A stretch of 64,000 nt of DNA from Diadema antillarum. Taxonomy: Eukaryota. The first letter of the stretch is position 1. The number at the start of each line of letters is the position of its first letter. Made by a program: the position numbers and the translations under genes. The notes below the pieces were generated by a model. It did no database searches and had not been told where the DNA came from. It was given only the letters and a program-made list of their open reading frames with translations. This document shows, in pieces, positions 36,752 to 49,334 of the stretch. The stretch covers positions 744,001 to 808,000 of the forward strand of contig NW_027270965.1 of NCBI RefSeq assembly GCF_040938485.1. The letters run 5' to 3'.

Positions 36752-37294
36752 CAGTGCACTCCCGTTACAACGAACATGGTTATATTTCATTATAACGAAG
36801 TAAAACTTCTGGTCCCAAGATTATCGCCATTAAAGTCTATGGTACAAAATTCACTTATAACAAACACGGTTATAGCGAAATTTTCGTTATAACGAAGTCT
36901 TTTCCGAGCACCACTGACAAAGAAAAACAAAAGAAATATGCTCCGTTATAACGAAATGCGAATCTCTTTCGAAAATAAGTAGCAGAACAAGGTATTTACA
37001 GCGTTTCTGCATGGGCGAACTCGTCACATCACTGTGTGTTCGCTTGGTGTGTCACGCACAGTTTCCAAGGGGAACTTCCGTTATTGTAATACAATAATCT
37101 GAAATTGATTAACTATTTGTTTCATTGTTCACATAGCTTTCCAGTGTATGACGAGTATTCAACAAACAGAATATCATATATGCGTGGCTTCCTTGTTTTT
37201 GTTATATATTGCATTTGTTCGATTATAACGAAATTTCGTTATAATGAAAGAAAACTGCCGGTCCCGAGCATTTCGTTATAACGGGAGTGCACTG
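36752..37294. mobile_element. Tc1/mariner-pogo-like MITE
   Basis: TIR CAGTGCACTCCCGTTA(C/T)AACGAA; TA at both flanks. Confidence 0.85.
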
Positions 37295-37444
37295 TACTTC
37301 ATCAGTTTTCATCAGAATTTGCACATCTGAATTACTTCCTCTCATTTCTCGGCTTCTACTCATACAAACTAATCTTCAACGTTGACTTCCCCAGCATGTG
37401 TTTTGCCGAATCAGGGACACAAAAACAAAACAATATGTGTGCAA

Positions 37445-38060
37445 GGAATGCATGATACATCAAGCATATCAGATTTTGATTGCAGTAGTGACTGCACTAC
37501 AGACAGGGAGATGTAATGCATGATACATCAGCCATATCAGATTTTGATTGCAGTAGTGACTGTACTACAGACAGGGAGATGTTTGTAAGGCGTGCATGAT
37601 ACATCGACCATGTAAGATTTTGATTGCAGCAGTGACTGCATGTACTACAGACAGGGAGATGTATTTAAAGGAATGCATGATACATCAATCATCTCAGATT
37701 TTGATTGCAGTATATATAGTGACTGTACTACAGACAGGGAGATGTATTTAAGGAATGCATGATACATCAACGATATCAGATTTTGATTGCAGTAGTGACT
37801 GTACTACAGACAGGGAGATGTTTGTAAGGCGTGCATGATACATCGACCATGTAAGATTTTGATTGCAGTAGTGACTGTACTACAGACAGGGAGATGTATT
37901 TAAGGAATGCATGATACATCAACCATATCAGATTTTGATTGCAGTAGTGACTGTACTACAGACAGGGAGATGTATTTAAGGAATGCATGATACATCAACC
38001 ATATCAGATTTTGATTGCAGCAGTGACTGCATGTACAACGTACTACAGACAGGGAGATGA
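37445..38060. repeat. ~76-bp minisatellite, about 8 copies
   Basis: GAATGCATGATACATC...CAGACAGGGAGATG unit at, for example, 37905 and 37981. Confidence 0.92.
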
Positions 38061-39386
38061 AGATGACAGGCACACTGTGGTGGATAAAGATAAAGGCTGC
38101 TTTTATTGATATACACAGAATAAACAGGGCTTTATACAACATGTACACTGTACAATAATCGTCTGTTCTCTTGTTTAATTGGCCTCTTTTATTCAGAAAG
38201 CACATTTTCTGAATTGTTACTTTTGTATGCCACTGCCTTTTTAGTACTGATGTACCAAGAGATAAGCTAAGATTGCAAAGGAAAAATAACCAAAAGAAAA
38301 ATTATAAGGTAATATCTGTGGCAAATATTCTGTTAATTTTTCAGCTGATGTGTTGGCCCACAATGAATATTTCCACACTGGAAGTGTGACAGGTACTCAT
38401 CTGTATTTAGTTTGTATTTTGGCAGTGCATTTATAATACTGATACAGTACATATGAGAATTCTTGTAGTTAGAAGGTCCTAACTGGCCACATTGTTACCT
38501 AATCTTCTTGGTCAAAATAACTGACTTGCCACAAATTTATGGGAAAAGATTAATACAGTAATACGTGTATGTAATTTGACCAAAATTGGCATGGTTGAAT
38601 TTTTGTTTTGTTTTTTCCTCAGTTTACAGCCTAATTAGCAAATTCAGGCCGCCCGGTTATACATGTACCAAAGTCGTTGCGACTGGCACTTTTCTTTCGT
38701 TGTAAAAAAAAAATTCTGTCATATCCAAAGAAATAAAGTGTATAAATATGGTTATACAAATAATTTAGGGACCTGAAGTTTTCGCTTTATTGTAACAAAT
38801 TTTTGTTATAACAGTATTTGTTATAACAGGAGTGCACTGAAGCCATTTTTCACCTGTGTTTATCTTGCACTATTCATACTAAAATAATAAAAGCCAATAT
38901 AAACATGTAAAAAATAAGGTGTATGGCATTTATGTACAAGTTACATGTCACATGAAGTTGGAGTGCACTGGACGGTAATTATGCTGTGGTGGAAGCAAAC
39001 CTGACAGCAAAGAATACAGTATGGTGATACAAAGCTGAATCTGACTCTGAATCTGACGATATGGATTTAAATCCTTCAGGCAAAGGTCTTGAATCAACTT
39101 ATTACTTTTAAACACACTGACACTGAAGACTGCGCATAAATTTACCAGAATGGGAAAATACAGCATTCTCGTCCAAGTCCTATCCAACAGGACATGAAAA
39201 AATATTTTTACTTTCCTGAATTGTAATTTAAACAATAAATAGAACATAAAAAACATGTTTATATCCATCAAGGATAAACTTTTTCTTCAACTTAGCAAAT
39301 GTTTTGACTTGTACGAGGTGGACTTGCAATCTTGACAAGCTGCAACTGATGTAACAAAGGTGAAGTTATGTCATCCTAGATAACTA

Positions 39387-39901
39387 CTGTATACGCTATA
39401 TATTTCGTGGGGGTTTTATTTTCGCGAATTTCGCGAGTCGGGAGCTATTCGCGAAATTAACAACACGCGAAAATATTACCTTCCAAAATGAATTCCTTGC
39501 CTTGATGATACGAACATTTCAGTACTAGAATACCATGTCACGGCTTACCGAACAGACCATACTGGCTAAGCTTGTTTATGCACGTCCACGTCTACTATAC
39601 AAATACTGTAGAGAGCCAATCCATTATCGCAAGGGGACCACTCGTCAGAAATCTAGCGCGATGGACTTAACCGCTTCAAAAATGTTGAATTCTAACTTAC
39701 TAGTTCGCAGAGTTTGGCAAGTCTTTTTCATGCAGTGTATAACTAGTATCATTCTTATATGCTAGTAAGTTGAAAATTCACACTTTCTTTACCACTTCAT
39801 ATTTTCTCTGGTCCCCCAATCGCGAATTTAACCACTCGCGAAAATGTGTGACAGCAGCAATTCGCGAAAATTTATGTACGCGAAAATTATAGCGTATACA
39901 G
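39387..39901. mobile_element. ~500-bp TA-TSD MITE, copy 1
   Basis: TIR CTGTATACGCTATA with TTCGCG repeats; near-identical copy at 45981-46479. Confidence 0.85.
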
Positions 39902-40430
39902 TATACAGTGATACCTCACTTGCTACACACAAGCTGGGGGTAAAGCTGTGTGGTTTCTCCACAGACCTGCAGGCATGGTTTCTACACGGGATAACCATCA
40001 GCAACAGCTCGCACAGAAATGAATACTGCATATCTTTGGTGTGCTCTTGGTACAGCATGGTTAGATTTGTGTAAAGAAGATGTGGGTTCTTCTCAGTACC
40101 CCACCGGTACCCTGAGGGTTAGTAGTGTGAACAACGTCACTGCCTCAGAATTGTACTGAGGAAAGAGAATAGGAAAATGATGGAGCAAATATTAGATGCT
40201 TCACTGGGGTTAGCACATGCATTTCTTCTTGCATCTGTGACTTCATATCTCACTAAATATATCTCAAGACGCAACAATCTTCAGTGCAAGCAAACTGTAC
40301 TATCCACAGCCTTCCTCCTATCACATCCTCCAGCTTCTGACGTCTTCTTGTATCCGTAGCCAACTCTTGGATGCAGGCGATACCCACTTTGGGATTGTGA
40401 TGGCCATGCCAGCCTGAGGCAATGCACACT

Positions 40431-40488
40431 TTAATCCATGCCAGGGAAAGACACAGCACTCAGGGTGTTGATGCTTTTCCAAATGGCT
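40431..40488 (-). CDS. C6orf118-like, predicted last coding exon (AIWKSINTLSAVSFPGMD*)
   Basis: gacag acceptor in phase 2, matching the upstream donor; TAA at 40433-40431. Confidence 0.6.
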
Positions 40489-41002
40489 CTGTCATGCACA
40501 GGAGAACATAGAGAGAAAGAAATCTTATACATTCTCCATAGACTTGCCGGGTATACCCGGTATCAGACATTCTAAAAACAAATTTCATTGCTAGTCGAAG
40601 TCCCTTTTATGGTGTTTAGATATCGGACATTTGATTAACGGAACTGGCTCAATTCTGCTTAAATTGGCTGGTTATTGAAGTCAGTCTAATTACTCGACAG
40701 AGATAAGTTGACATATTAACTAATTATAAATCAACAACATAGAGCAGTGGGCACCAAGGTTCATTTACAACAAACAAGGCTACTCTTGAATTCAGATCTT
40801 GTGATAGGTGGAGAGTGCACCACAGATAAGTATTGTGTGAGAATTCACAAATGACTTCTAACTCTACACAGTCATGTACTGCATTTTAAAAATTACTGAG
40901 ACATGTGTCATGCACATATGTGAAGAACATACCCATATGGACGAATTGCCAACTTCATACACATGGAAGAGAGTAGTTTAAAGAAATTGTCCCCAGTCTT
41001 AC

Positions 41003-41064
41003 CTGATGTCGGTCTCTGGTGCATCATATTTCTCCAGAAGCTTGTCGACGTCTGCTTCTAAGCC
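41003..41064 (-). CDS. C6orf118-like exon (GLEADVDKLLEKYDAPETDI)
   Basis: Phase-0 acceptor, gtaag phase-2 donor; 62 nt. Confidence 0.7.
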
Positions 41065-41392
41065 CTGTTCAACAACGCACAAAACAAACATACACAATGA
41101 TAATGATGATGTATGGTACCATGATTACCCCTTAAAATAGCAATGGACTGTTAATTCATGTTCTACACATTCCTGCATAATAGGGTGTTAGTTTGATTGA
41201 CTTGACACAGCTGTTGCACAGATCTTTTTTTTTTCTTTTTCCACTGAGCAGTGCCTAGGGGGATTCATTTTTGTGCTAATAAGCACATATCAGAAGATTA
41301 TAACATCAAGTTTGTTTGAAAGTCTGAATCCTCTCACACATTGCCTGATGCAACTCATGAGAATTCAAAGTGCACGACAACATGATGGTCAT

Positions 41393-41969
41393 TCAAATTT
41401 ATGAAGTTCTTCCGTCGAGATGTTTTCATTGCAACTGATTGACAAATTGCCCTACATCGACGTAAATAAGCACTGAATTGATCAGTGTTTTAGTAGTAGC
41501 CATGATAAAAAATCATGGGCGTACATACTCGAGCAGGATTCGAACCCACGACCTCCTGATCACCGGACAGGCGTCATCTCCACTAGACCACCGAGCTTTC
41601 GCCCGACAGCAAGTGTTGGTTCTAATCCTTATAGCATGCAGCGGGTACTGCTTTGTTATTCAAATTTATGAAGTTCTTCCGTCGAGATGTTTTCATTGCA
41701 ACTGATTGACAAATTGCCCTACAACTTCATAAATTTGAATAACAAAGCAGTACCCGCTGCATGCTATAAGGATTAGAACCAACACTTGCTGTCGGGCGAA
41801 AGCTCGGTGGTCTAGTGGAGATGACGCCTGTCCGGTGATCAGGAGGTCGTAGGTTCGAATCCTGCTCGAGTATGTACGCCCATGATTTTTTATCATGGCT
41901 ACTACTAAAACACTGATCAATTCAGTGCTTATTTACGTCGATGTAGGGCAATTTGTCAATCAGTTGCAA
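41393..41969. mobile_element. TSD-flanked fold-back insertion made of a 267-bp unit with a tRNA-like cassette
   Basis: CATGATGGTCAT at 41381-41392 and 41970-41981; 246-bp inverted arms with one mismatch; direct repeat with period 267. Confidence 0.85.
41801..41872 (+). ncRNA. tRNA-like Pol III cassette (pseudo-tRNA or SINE head); mirror copy on the minus strand in the left arm
   Basis: A box TGGTCTAGTGG at 41808-41818, B box GGTTCGAATCC at 41852-41862; foldable cloverleaf with non-canonical anticodon loop CCGGTGA; T6 terminator at 41886-41891. Confidence 0.7.
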
Positions 41970-42926
41970 CATGATGGTCATCTACAGTCACCACAAAGTT
42001 TTGCAAGTTTGGTGAGCAGAGCCTATGAGTACAACACTGGCACAAATCTCAACTCTGCAGTGTACAAATAGCTGGTGTCCAAAAATAGTGTACATCTCCT
42101 TGCTTTGATATAAGAGCCATCAAACTTCAGTTGAGACACATTCACTTGCTGCTTTGATCACTTTTAACAATGGCAATTTTTTTTTTTTTTTTGCCCCAAA
42201 TCGACTACCTCAGAATTATCCTTATCATTGTCTCCCCTTCCCCTCTTTTTTTTCTTCTTTTTTTTTTTTTTTTTTTGGGGGGGGGGGGGGGGGTACAACA
42301 GTATCAGCAACATAACTTGGCCAGTCAAGCCACAGCTATGTGAACTGGAACATAAAGGATTCATCCTTTATGAAAGCACCTAAAGGTTTCTTACAACCTC
42401 AACTTCTACTCACTGGATGAGGCAGTGAACTTTATATTTTTGCATTATTTTCCAGTAATTTTGAGTCCATACTGAGAGTGTCATTTGAGGAGATTAACTT
42501 ACAAAGTAGGATGACATACGGATAATACTGCTAACTAGCCAAGGAAAGAAACAGATTTTCACACACCATATCACTCACAAGAAAAAAAAAACAAAAACAA
42601 CACACACATGTATGGGTAGCCATGTTGCTTTTAAGTTCAATGATTTACAAAAGGGGTTGCAGTTTTTAGAATGAAGGATTTTTTTTTTTTTTTGAAAGTG
42701 TAGACAAAGAAGTAATTTTCTTTTTCTTTTGTTGTTCTTCTTCATGAATAAGATCATATTTTTGATCTGCATTATCATGAACACGCTGAGAAAAAGAAAA
42801 GAAATAGACTGGGATTTGTAATTCAGGATGCGGTTGGTTATACGGGGCTGAAGGGTTAAAAAGACCTTCTAGTCCACAAATGGAGGAACTGGAGGGCTGT
42901 CTGCCTACTGGTCTACTGATACCCAC

Positions 42927-43239
42927 CTGTATGGTCTTCTCCAGGTATTCGTTAGTAGAGAGCAGTTTCAGGACCTCTGCCTCCGTGTCCCTCAAGCAGC
43001 CCTCCATGTGCTCACAGATGGACTTTGGTACATGGTGGGCGTGGAGCTCCTCTGTCAGCTCCTCGATGGTCCGCTGCAGGTCCAGGATCTTGTTGTGCAG
43101 TTCCAGGACCTGATCGCCATGGCCCAGAACCAGCTCTTCCTCCTTGGCCTTGCGCTGTGTCGGGACCGGGTCAGGAATCTCCACCTGGGGAGGGAGAGCA
43201 GCCACTGCTACCTGCTCCTTGCGTAGCCGCTCTCTCAAC
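42927..43239 (-). CDS. C6orf118-like coiled-coil exon
   Basis: cttaaag phase-2 acceptor, gtgggt phase-0 donor; open heptad-rich frame. Confidence 0.8.
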
Positions 43240-43419
43240 CTTTAAGAGGCAAGAGGATGAAGGACAGATTCAAGGCTAAACCTTTTCTGTGCAGGAGCCT
43301 TTTGACAGTATGTACACCACTATGTGGTTTTTTCTGTGCCAATTGACACCCAAAGCACTTAAAGGGTTATAGAAAGCCACCATTACTTCTTGTATCAAAC
43401 AAAAGGTACTCTCTTTAAT

Positions 43420-44300
43420 TGTATCCCCTGAACAGAGTTCGGACGATACTATGGATTTGACCTTGTTGCGCCGTGTCCGCTGCATCCGCCGCAGAGATTT
43501 TCTTATGAGCACTCTACTGGCTGCAGTTCTTCTTCGATCATCTTCAAATTTGGCATGAAGGTGTATTATGGTGAGACGAAGAAGCCTATTGCTTTTGGTG
43601 ATGGTGCCCTCACTTGTTTCGTCTTTATACATGAAAAGGTAAATGTAACAGGGTCTGCTTGTGTGTGCGACGCTGGCCTTGTTTCTTGACCGATTTTTTT
43701 CAAATTTGGTATGTAATTGTATCATAGTCAAATCTATACACCTATACCTATTGATAATGCTGCCCTCATATCACTGTTCCACCTTTTACAGGGTCAAAGG
43801 TCACCCATATCATGTCAAAATTTGCAAAAATACATGCTTATTTAGGCAATAACTTGATTGTTACTGGATTTTACTCAGACTTGCTAAAGAGGTGTATGGG
43901 TGGTCATTCTACATGAAGGACACAACAGTTGGTGGTGACGGTGTCCTCAGTGTTCCGACTTGGAGGCCTGTCATGTTTCTTGTATATGCTGTATAAGCCA
44001 CATTTCTTGTCGGATTTTATTAAAACTTGCTATGGAGGTTTATGGGGAGTTATTCTAGGTAACAAAAGTTTTCATTGTCAGCGCTCTCATTGTTCAAACT
44101 TTTATACAAGTAGGATGACATGTCATATTCCTTGTATGTGCTACATGTATATATACAAGCCTCATGTGTCGTCAGATTTTATTGTATCCTGCGACAGTTG
44201 CCATATTATACAACATTCTGGCCTAAAAAGTAATCCAGATGAGGAATGAGAGACGGGTTCAGGGGATACATGTGCTCCATTGCGAGTGCTCTAGTTTGAG
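43420..44300 (+). mobile_element. Second HINE-like element
   Basis: 5' GTATCCCCTGAA and 3' TTCAGGGGATAC subTIR pair, a short terminal hairpin and a CTAG-TTT end. Confidence 0.6.
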
Positions 44301-44902
44301 ATGGTTCAGTCTACAGAAGAACATGTATACAAATTATCACATGCACGCACACTCTATCATGGTATACAACGTAAAACATGCCATAGTACATGTGCATGTT
44401 CACATTTCTACACAATCATGCATCCAATGACATATTTACATCCACTGCATTCTTTGCAAACACTTTGAACTGCTGAATCATGCTTTACAGTTTTAAAGAA
44501 TGCCAAAGGATTTTTTTTTTTAACCTGGTTATGGCTTACTACAGGTTTAAAGCAATTGAGTATAAAATTATTATTAGATGGACGGCAGATAGCATAAGAA
44601 TGACAAAATGAATTGCCAATTGTGAAGGAATAAATCAAGTGATTGAATATAATGTATGTATGTGATTTACAAAAAAAAAAAAAAAAATAGAAAGTCATGG
44701 TTTATACCCGATGAATGCAATAAAAGATGAAGTTCAAATCTGCTACGTACAGGAATCAATACTGATATAAGAAATGAAACAGAAAGTGAACTTATATTCT
44801 ACTCCTATAGGGGTTTCTAAAACATAGAAATATGAATTTGAACCAATGTGGACAAAGTGTGTTCCACATCTTCACTTCCGAAACAAAATAACGAAGGTTC
44901 AC

Positions 44903-45090
44903 CTGTCATTTTCTTCGAGGACGTTCTTGGTGTCTTGCTCCATTCTCTTGACCACGTCTTGACCAATGGCCAGCTCACCCGGCAGCACCACGCCACTTGC
45001 GGTCAGCCCCCTGACCTGCTGGCTCAGCACTTCACTCTGTCTGTGTGGCTGGGAGTCCAGCAGTGACCCCATGTACAGGTCAAACTCATT
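44903..45090 (-). CDS. C6orf118-like exon (NEFDLYMGSLLDSQP...)
   Basis: Resembles the EYELYMAILLESQP segment recalled for C6orf118; phases 0 and 2 are consistent. Confidence 0.82.
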
Positions 45091-45594
45091 CTTTGCAGAG
45101 GAATGGGGATGAGACAAGAAAATAATTCTTTCGCTCGACACAAAGATAAAATATTCATTAAGAGGTATTTACAGGATAAATGTTGTTGATCGAACCACTA
45201 TTGTTACTGCTGGTCTTTAGGATCAATAAATTTTCTCAGGGAAAGAGACTGTCAAGAAAACTGAATGCTGATACTCCTGGTATTGATAATAAGAAAATGA
45301 AAAGTAAACAGCAAACTAATGTCACAATGCTAAGTAATTAACTCAGTTTAGAGCAAATTGTGTTTCCTGCGTCTTCATGGCATCATTGTATTTATGGCAC
45401 TTCTTCTACTACCTGCCGTATTGCAGAATAGCAATCTACAGAAGGTATACACTCTGAGCATCTTCATTGTGTATATTCTACACAAAACGACATTAATCTT
45501 GTTTATGTTTTGTTATGCTTGGGTTGTGTTATGTACAATACAACTCACTGACTTCAGAGGCATAAAAGAGAATTCCAACACATGCGGAACTTAC

Positions 45595-45726
45595 CTTGAT
45601 CTTTTTAAGAATAGTTGAGAAGGTCGGCGTCTCTTCGATGAGCTCGTCCCAAATGTCACTGTAGATCTGTAACCTGTGGAAGTTTGGTGCACTGAATCTG
45701 GTCTCCACACTCAGGTCTTGTAGTTT
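45595..45726 (-). CDS. C6orf118-like exon (KLQDLS...RLQIYSDIWDELIEETPTFSTILKKIK)
   Basis: TSNAXIP1_N-like segment; canonical sites, phases 0 and 0. Confidence 0.82.
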
Positions 45727-45980
45727 CTGTTGCAAAATCAGAAAGATTTTCAAGCATTTTCAAGCTACAAGCTTCAGTATAGCACTGTCAATCCAATGAT
45801 TCTTTTCTTTCACCAACATACATGAGAAATCATTATTAATTCATTTTCCATCTCCCACAATTATACAATTTGTTTACAGAAGATAGTTGATGTGCATATA
45901 TCACCATTACAAAATACAATCATACAGCAAGCAGCCACAAATAGCCTAGACCATATGATTACCATCTCATAGGGCAAATA

Positions 45981-46479
45981 CTGTATACGCTATATTTCGC
46001 GGGGGTTTTATTTTCGCGAATTTCGCGAGTCGGGAGCTATTCGCGAAATTAACAACACGCGAAAATATTACCTTCCAAAATGAATCCCTTGCCTTGATGA
46101 TACCAACATTTCAGTACTAGAATACCATGTCACGGCTTACCGAACAGACCATACTGGCTAAGCTTGTTTACGCACGTCCACGTCTACTTACGAATACTGA
46201 AGAGAGCCAATCCATTATCGCAAGGGGACCACTCGTCAGAAATCTAGCGCGATGGACTTTACCACTTCAAAATTGTTGAATTCTAACTTACTAGTTCGCA
46301 GAGTTTGGCAAGTCTTTTTCATGCAGTGTCATTCTTATGCTAGTAAGTTGAAAGTTCACACTTTCTTTGCCACTTCATATTTTCTCTGGTCCCCCAATCG
46401 CGAATTTAACCACTCGCGAAAATGTGTGACATCGGTAATTCGCGAAAATTTATGTACGCGAAAATTATAGCGTATACAG
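45981..46479. mobile_element. ~500-bp TA-TSD MITE, copy 2
   Basis: Same orientation and sequence family as 39387-39901. Confidence 0.85.
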
Positions 46480-47120
46480 TATATTGACAATAATTTCACA
46501 ATGTGTGAAAAATACACAATCTTACAAGTGCAACACACTCATGTCCCTGTTACAGCATTTTAATTGCTTTGTGTTAGTTGCACTTGCCTAATTCTGCTTC
46601 AGTTTTGTTGGAACAATTGGTCTATAAACAGAGTTCATAGTACTACAGAAGGCTGAAAATTCAATCATTACACTTTCAGTTGCTACACGACATGTAAACT
46701 CACAGAAATGTGTTGATGGTTTTTACAAAACATAACAATGATATAACCTTTCATTCATCATCATCACACTCTTAAAGTTTGATGAATTACATATTCATGC
46801 AGTTTTGAGGGTCATGAGAAGAACAATTGATAATTCTGAATCAACTTTAAATTCAATTTCCACAGGATTTTCTCTAAATCAGTGACACGCTTTTCAGAAG
46901 TAATCTCTGCACTGAATATGATAAGGTATGGATGACTCTATAGCATGAACAGGAAAAAAAAATCAGAGAAAAAAAAAACAAATTACGAAGACAAGTGATC
47001 CAATCACAACGTGTATCTCCATCTGTCTAATCAAGGAAGGAAAAAAAATCAGAAGTTTGCTCAACTCTTTTTCACCGACATCTCTGCTTTTGACACAACA
47101 TCCCCTGGTGGTGATCTCAC

Positions 47121-47660
47121 CTCATAGAGCTTTCGTTCTAAATGCTCCACGGCTTTCCGTCCAGTGAGCACTCCCTTCTCGTACATCTCGTCCCTCCGGA
47201 GCACGTGCCTCTGAAAGTCCAGGAATCGATTGAACTGATCCCGCTTGGTGATGCCCGCCAGGTGGCTCTGAACAAAGAGCTGCTTGTTTAAGTCTCCGCT
47301 GATGGAGCTCCTGTCCACCCGACCCTCAAATGGAGGAAGCCGGTGCGGGGGCGACTGCGTCCGTGCCAATCCCCGTGTCGTCTTCTGACGGGACACGGGA
47401 AGCATGAGTTCTGGCAGCGATAGCTCCTCCACGAGCACGCCGTCGTCTATGTACGATTTCGGAGAGTCCAGCCTTGAGGTGGTCTTTGGGGAAACATTCC
47501 TCGGAGGGAAAGGTGCACCCACCCGGTTCTGGCTGCTCCCGAGGCCAGCGGCCTTCCTTCCATGTGGGTCTGGCCCCAGTTCAGGGGTGGGGTGGGGCAT
47601 GCTGCCTGCTGTTCCTGTGCTGAAGTGATACAGGGCCTGAACCATTTCCTCTTCCTTTTT
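47121..47660 (-). CDS. C6orf118-like exon (KKEEEMVQALYHF...HLAGITKRDQFNRFLDFQ...LERKLYE)
   Basis: Strong polypyrimidine tract with tag acceptor at 47663-47661; gtgag donor; 540-nt open frame. Confidence 0.85.
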
Positions 47661-48474
47661 CTATTCAAATAATAAAATAAAAAAAACACAGACAGAAGAA
47701 GTGCAGAGATAATTGCATTGAAAAAGGAAAATAAATCCACCAAGGAACAAGGAATAAAAACAAGTATGTTATGTATGCTCGTCCAAGAGATAAAGGTAAT
47801 GTAGTCATTTTGTATATTCAGTATTCATCAAGACTTTAAGTCACTATACTGAAGTATTTTGAAAACCAGACGGGGCACAACTGCTACATTGTTACTCTTC
47901 TTTCATCAAGTCTCAGGTGACCCATCTGGTTGCCTGCATATATTTAAATGTTCTTTTTGAGATACAAATGCTTACTGCTTAAATCATGAATGCATACAGT
48001 GCTATCTCAATACCTCCTGCAAATTTCCATGACCACTGTTTTGTAGCTAAAATGCTTCAGAATTGCAAAACTGCACCAGTATTCTTTTGATATAAAAGAA
48101 TAGAGCAAGATTAAAATGGAAATATCAGTGATATAATATAATCGTCATACTCCAAGTGCCATGTCAGACAAAGCCTCTCTAATAATAAAATCTGAAATAC
48201 GCTGAATGCATAGTCAATAGCTGACTGAGGGCGTGCAATAAACATCTAAAGTACTGAACAAGCTTTGCTCTGCACAGAAATACATGTACATGTATGCAAA
48301 CTTCAGTAACTTTGGCACCTGAAAAAACAAAAAATCCTCTAAGCAGTCTCAAGACAGCCAAGTGTGATTATTTTAATGACAAGAACTTGGATGGCACATA
48401 ATGAAAGGCTCTGAGCAATCTTTATCACCATTCAAGAGTAAGAATTGATGTTCTCTTATAGAATGCTTTCTTAC

Positions 48475-48726
48475 ATGAGGTTGTCTTGGTGATGGAATCT
48501 TGGTGGGCTCATGCATGAGAGGAACTTCCTTCCCTGAGCTCTCCCACGGTTTGTGGGTGGCCAACTCAGGAGGTTTCATAAGCCGATTGTGGTTCAAGTG
48601 CCCCTTGGTGCGGAGGAGAATGTCGTGTTTGTGCTCCTCCGAAAGCCCGTTGATGATACTCCGCAGAGGCCTCGAAGACAAGCCCCGGGGGATGGGCACC
48701 TCCCCCTGGGCTCTCTCTTCCGCCAT
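48475..48726 (-). CDS. C6orf118-like first coding exon (MAEER...EEHKHDILLRTKGHLNHNRLMKPPE)
   Basis: Resembles the C6orf118 N-terminal [24 protein letters not shown] (recalled, not searched). gtaaga phase-0 donor; exon acceptor at 48865-48863. The frame is open upstream, so an N-terminal extension is not excluded. Confidence 0.78.
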
Positions 48727-48927
48727 GGGTTCAGGGAATGTTGCAGTGGACACTAAACCATTGGTAGTGATTCCTAATATCTCTGCCTTTTGATTAATGA
48801 ATAATGGCTGAGAAGTCTGTCTCCTGCTTCTTTCTACTACCCAAGAATGAGCATCACAATTCCTGCAAGGAAGATAACAGTAAGTTAATGGAATAGTTAT
48901 AATGCATACATACATGAAATTCAAGTA

Positions 48928-49334
48928 CAGTTGAACCTCTATTATCCGGCCTCCCTTTATCCGGATCTCTCTATTATACGGACGCAATCTCGCCGTGATT
49001 TTTTTTAAATAATTACGGGAGGAAAGGGGGATTCTCAACTCCATGAGAACTCCTACACAAACACACATGAATTACATATTACTTCCGACATGATTAACAT
49101 ACATTACATCAAATTTCCCTCCAAATTGCTTACCTTCCGACATTTTAACATCCCCAAACATCCCCAAGTGTAACAATGAAAAGGTTGCAGTACTATGGTA
49201 CTACAATGGGCTACATCAGTACATGTGTATGTATATATGTACATGTATAAAGCATTGAGTTTCCCGTATCCGGCCAAATCCCTTATCCGGATGAGCCCCG
49301 GTCCCGACTTGTCCGGATACGAGAGGTTCAACTG
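48928..49334. mobile_element. Tigger/pogo-like MITE
   Basis: TIR CAGTTGAACCTCT with ATCCGG repeats; TA TSD. Confidence 0.82.

Noticed and set aside
41801-41872. Functional tRNA-Thr(GGT) gene
   Set aside because: C at position 33, a T:T pair closing the anticodon stem, a mismatched first acceptor pair, an anticodon eukaryotes normally avoid, and location in a TSD-flanked insertion.
41478-41920. Mirror-image 75-aa ORFs on both strands
   Set aside because: Products of the inverted repeat read across a tRNA-like sequence; no coding signal.
47631-47645. ATG at 47645 or acceptor at 47638 as exon start
   Set aside because: Purine-rich upstream context; the acceptor at 47663-47661 has a strong pyrimidine tract and the right phase.
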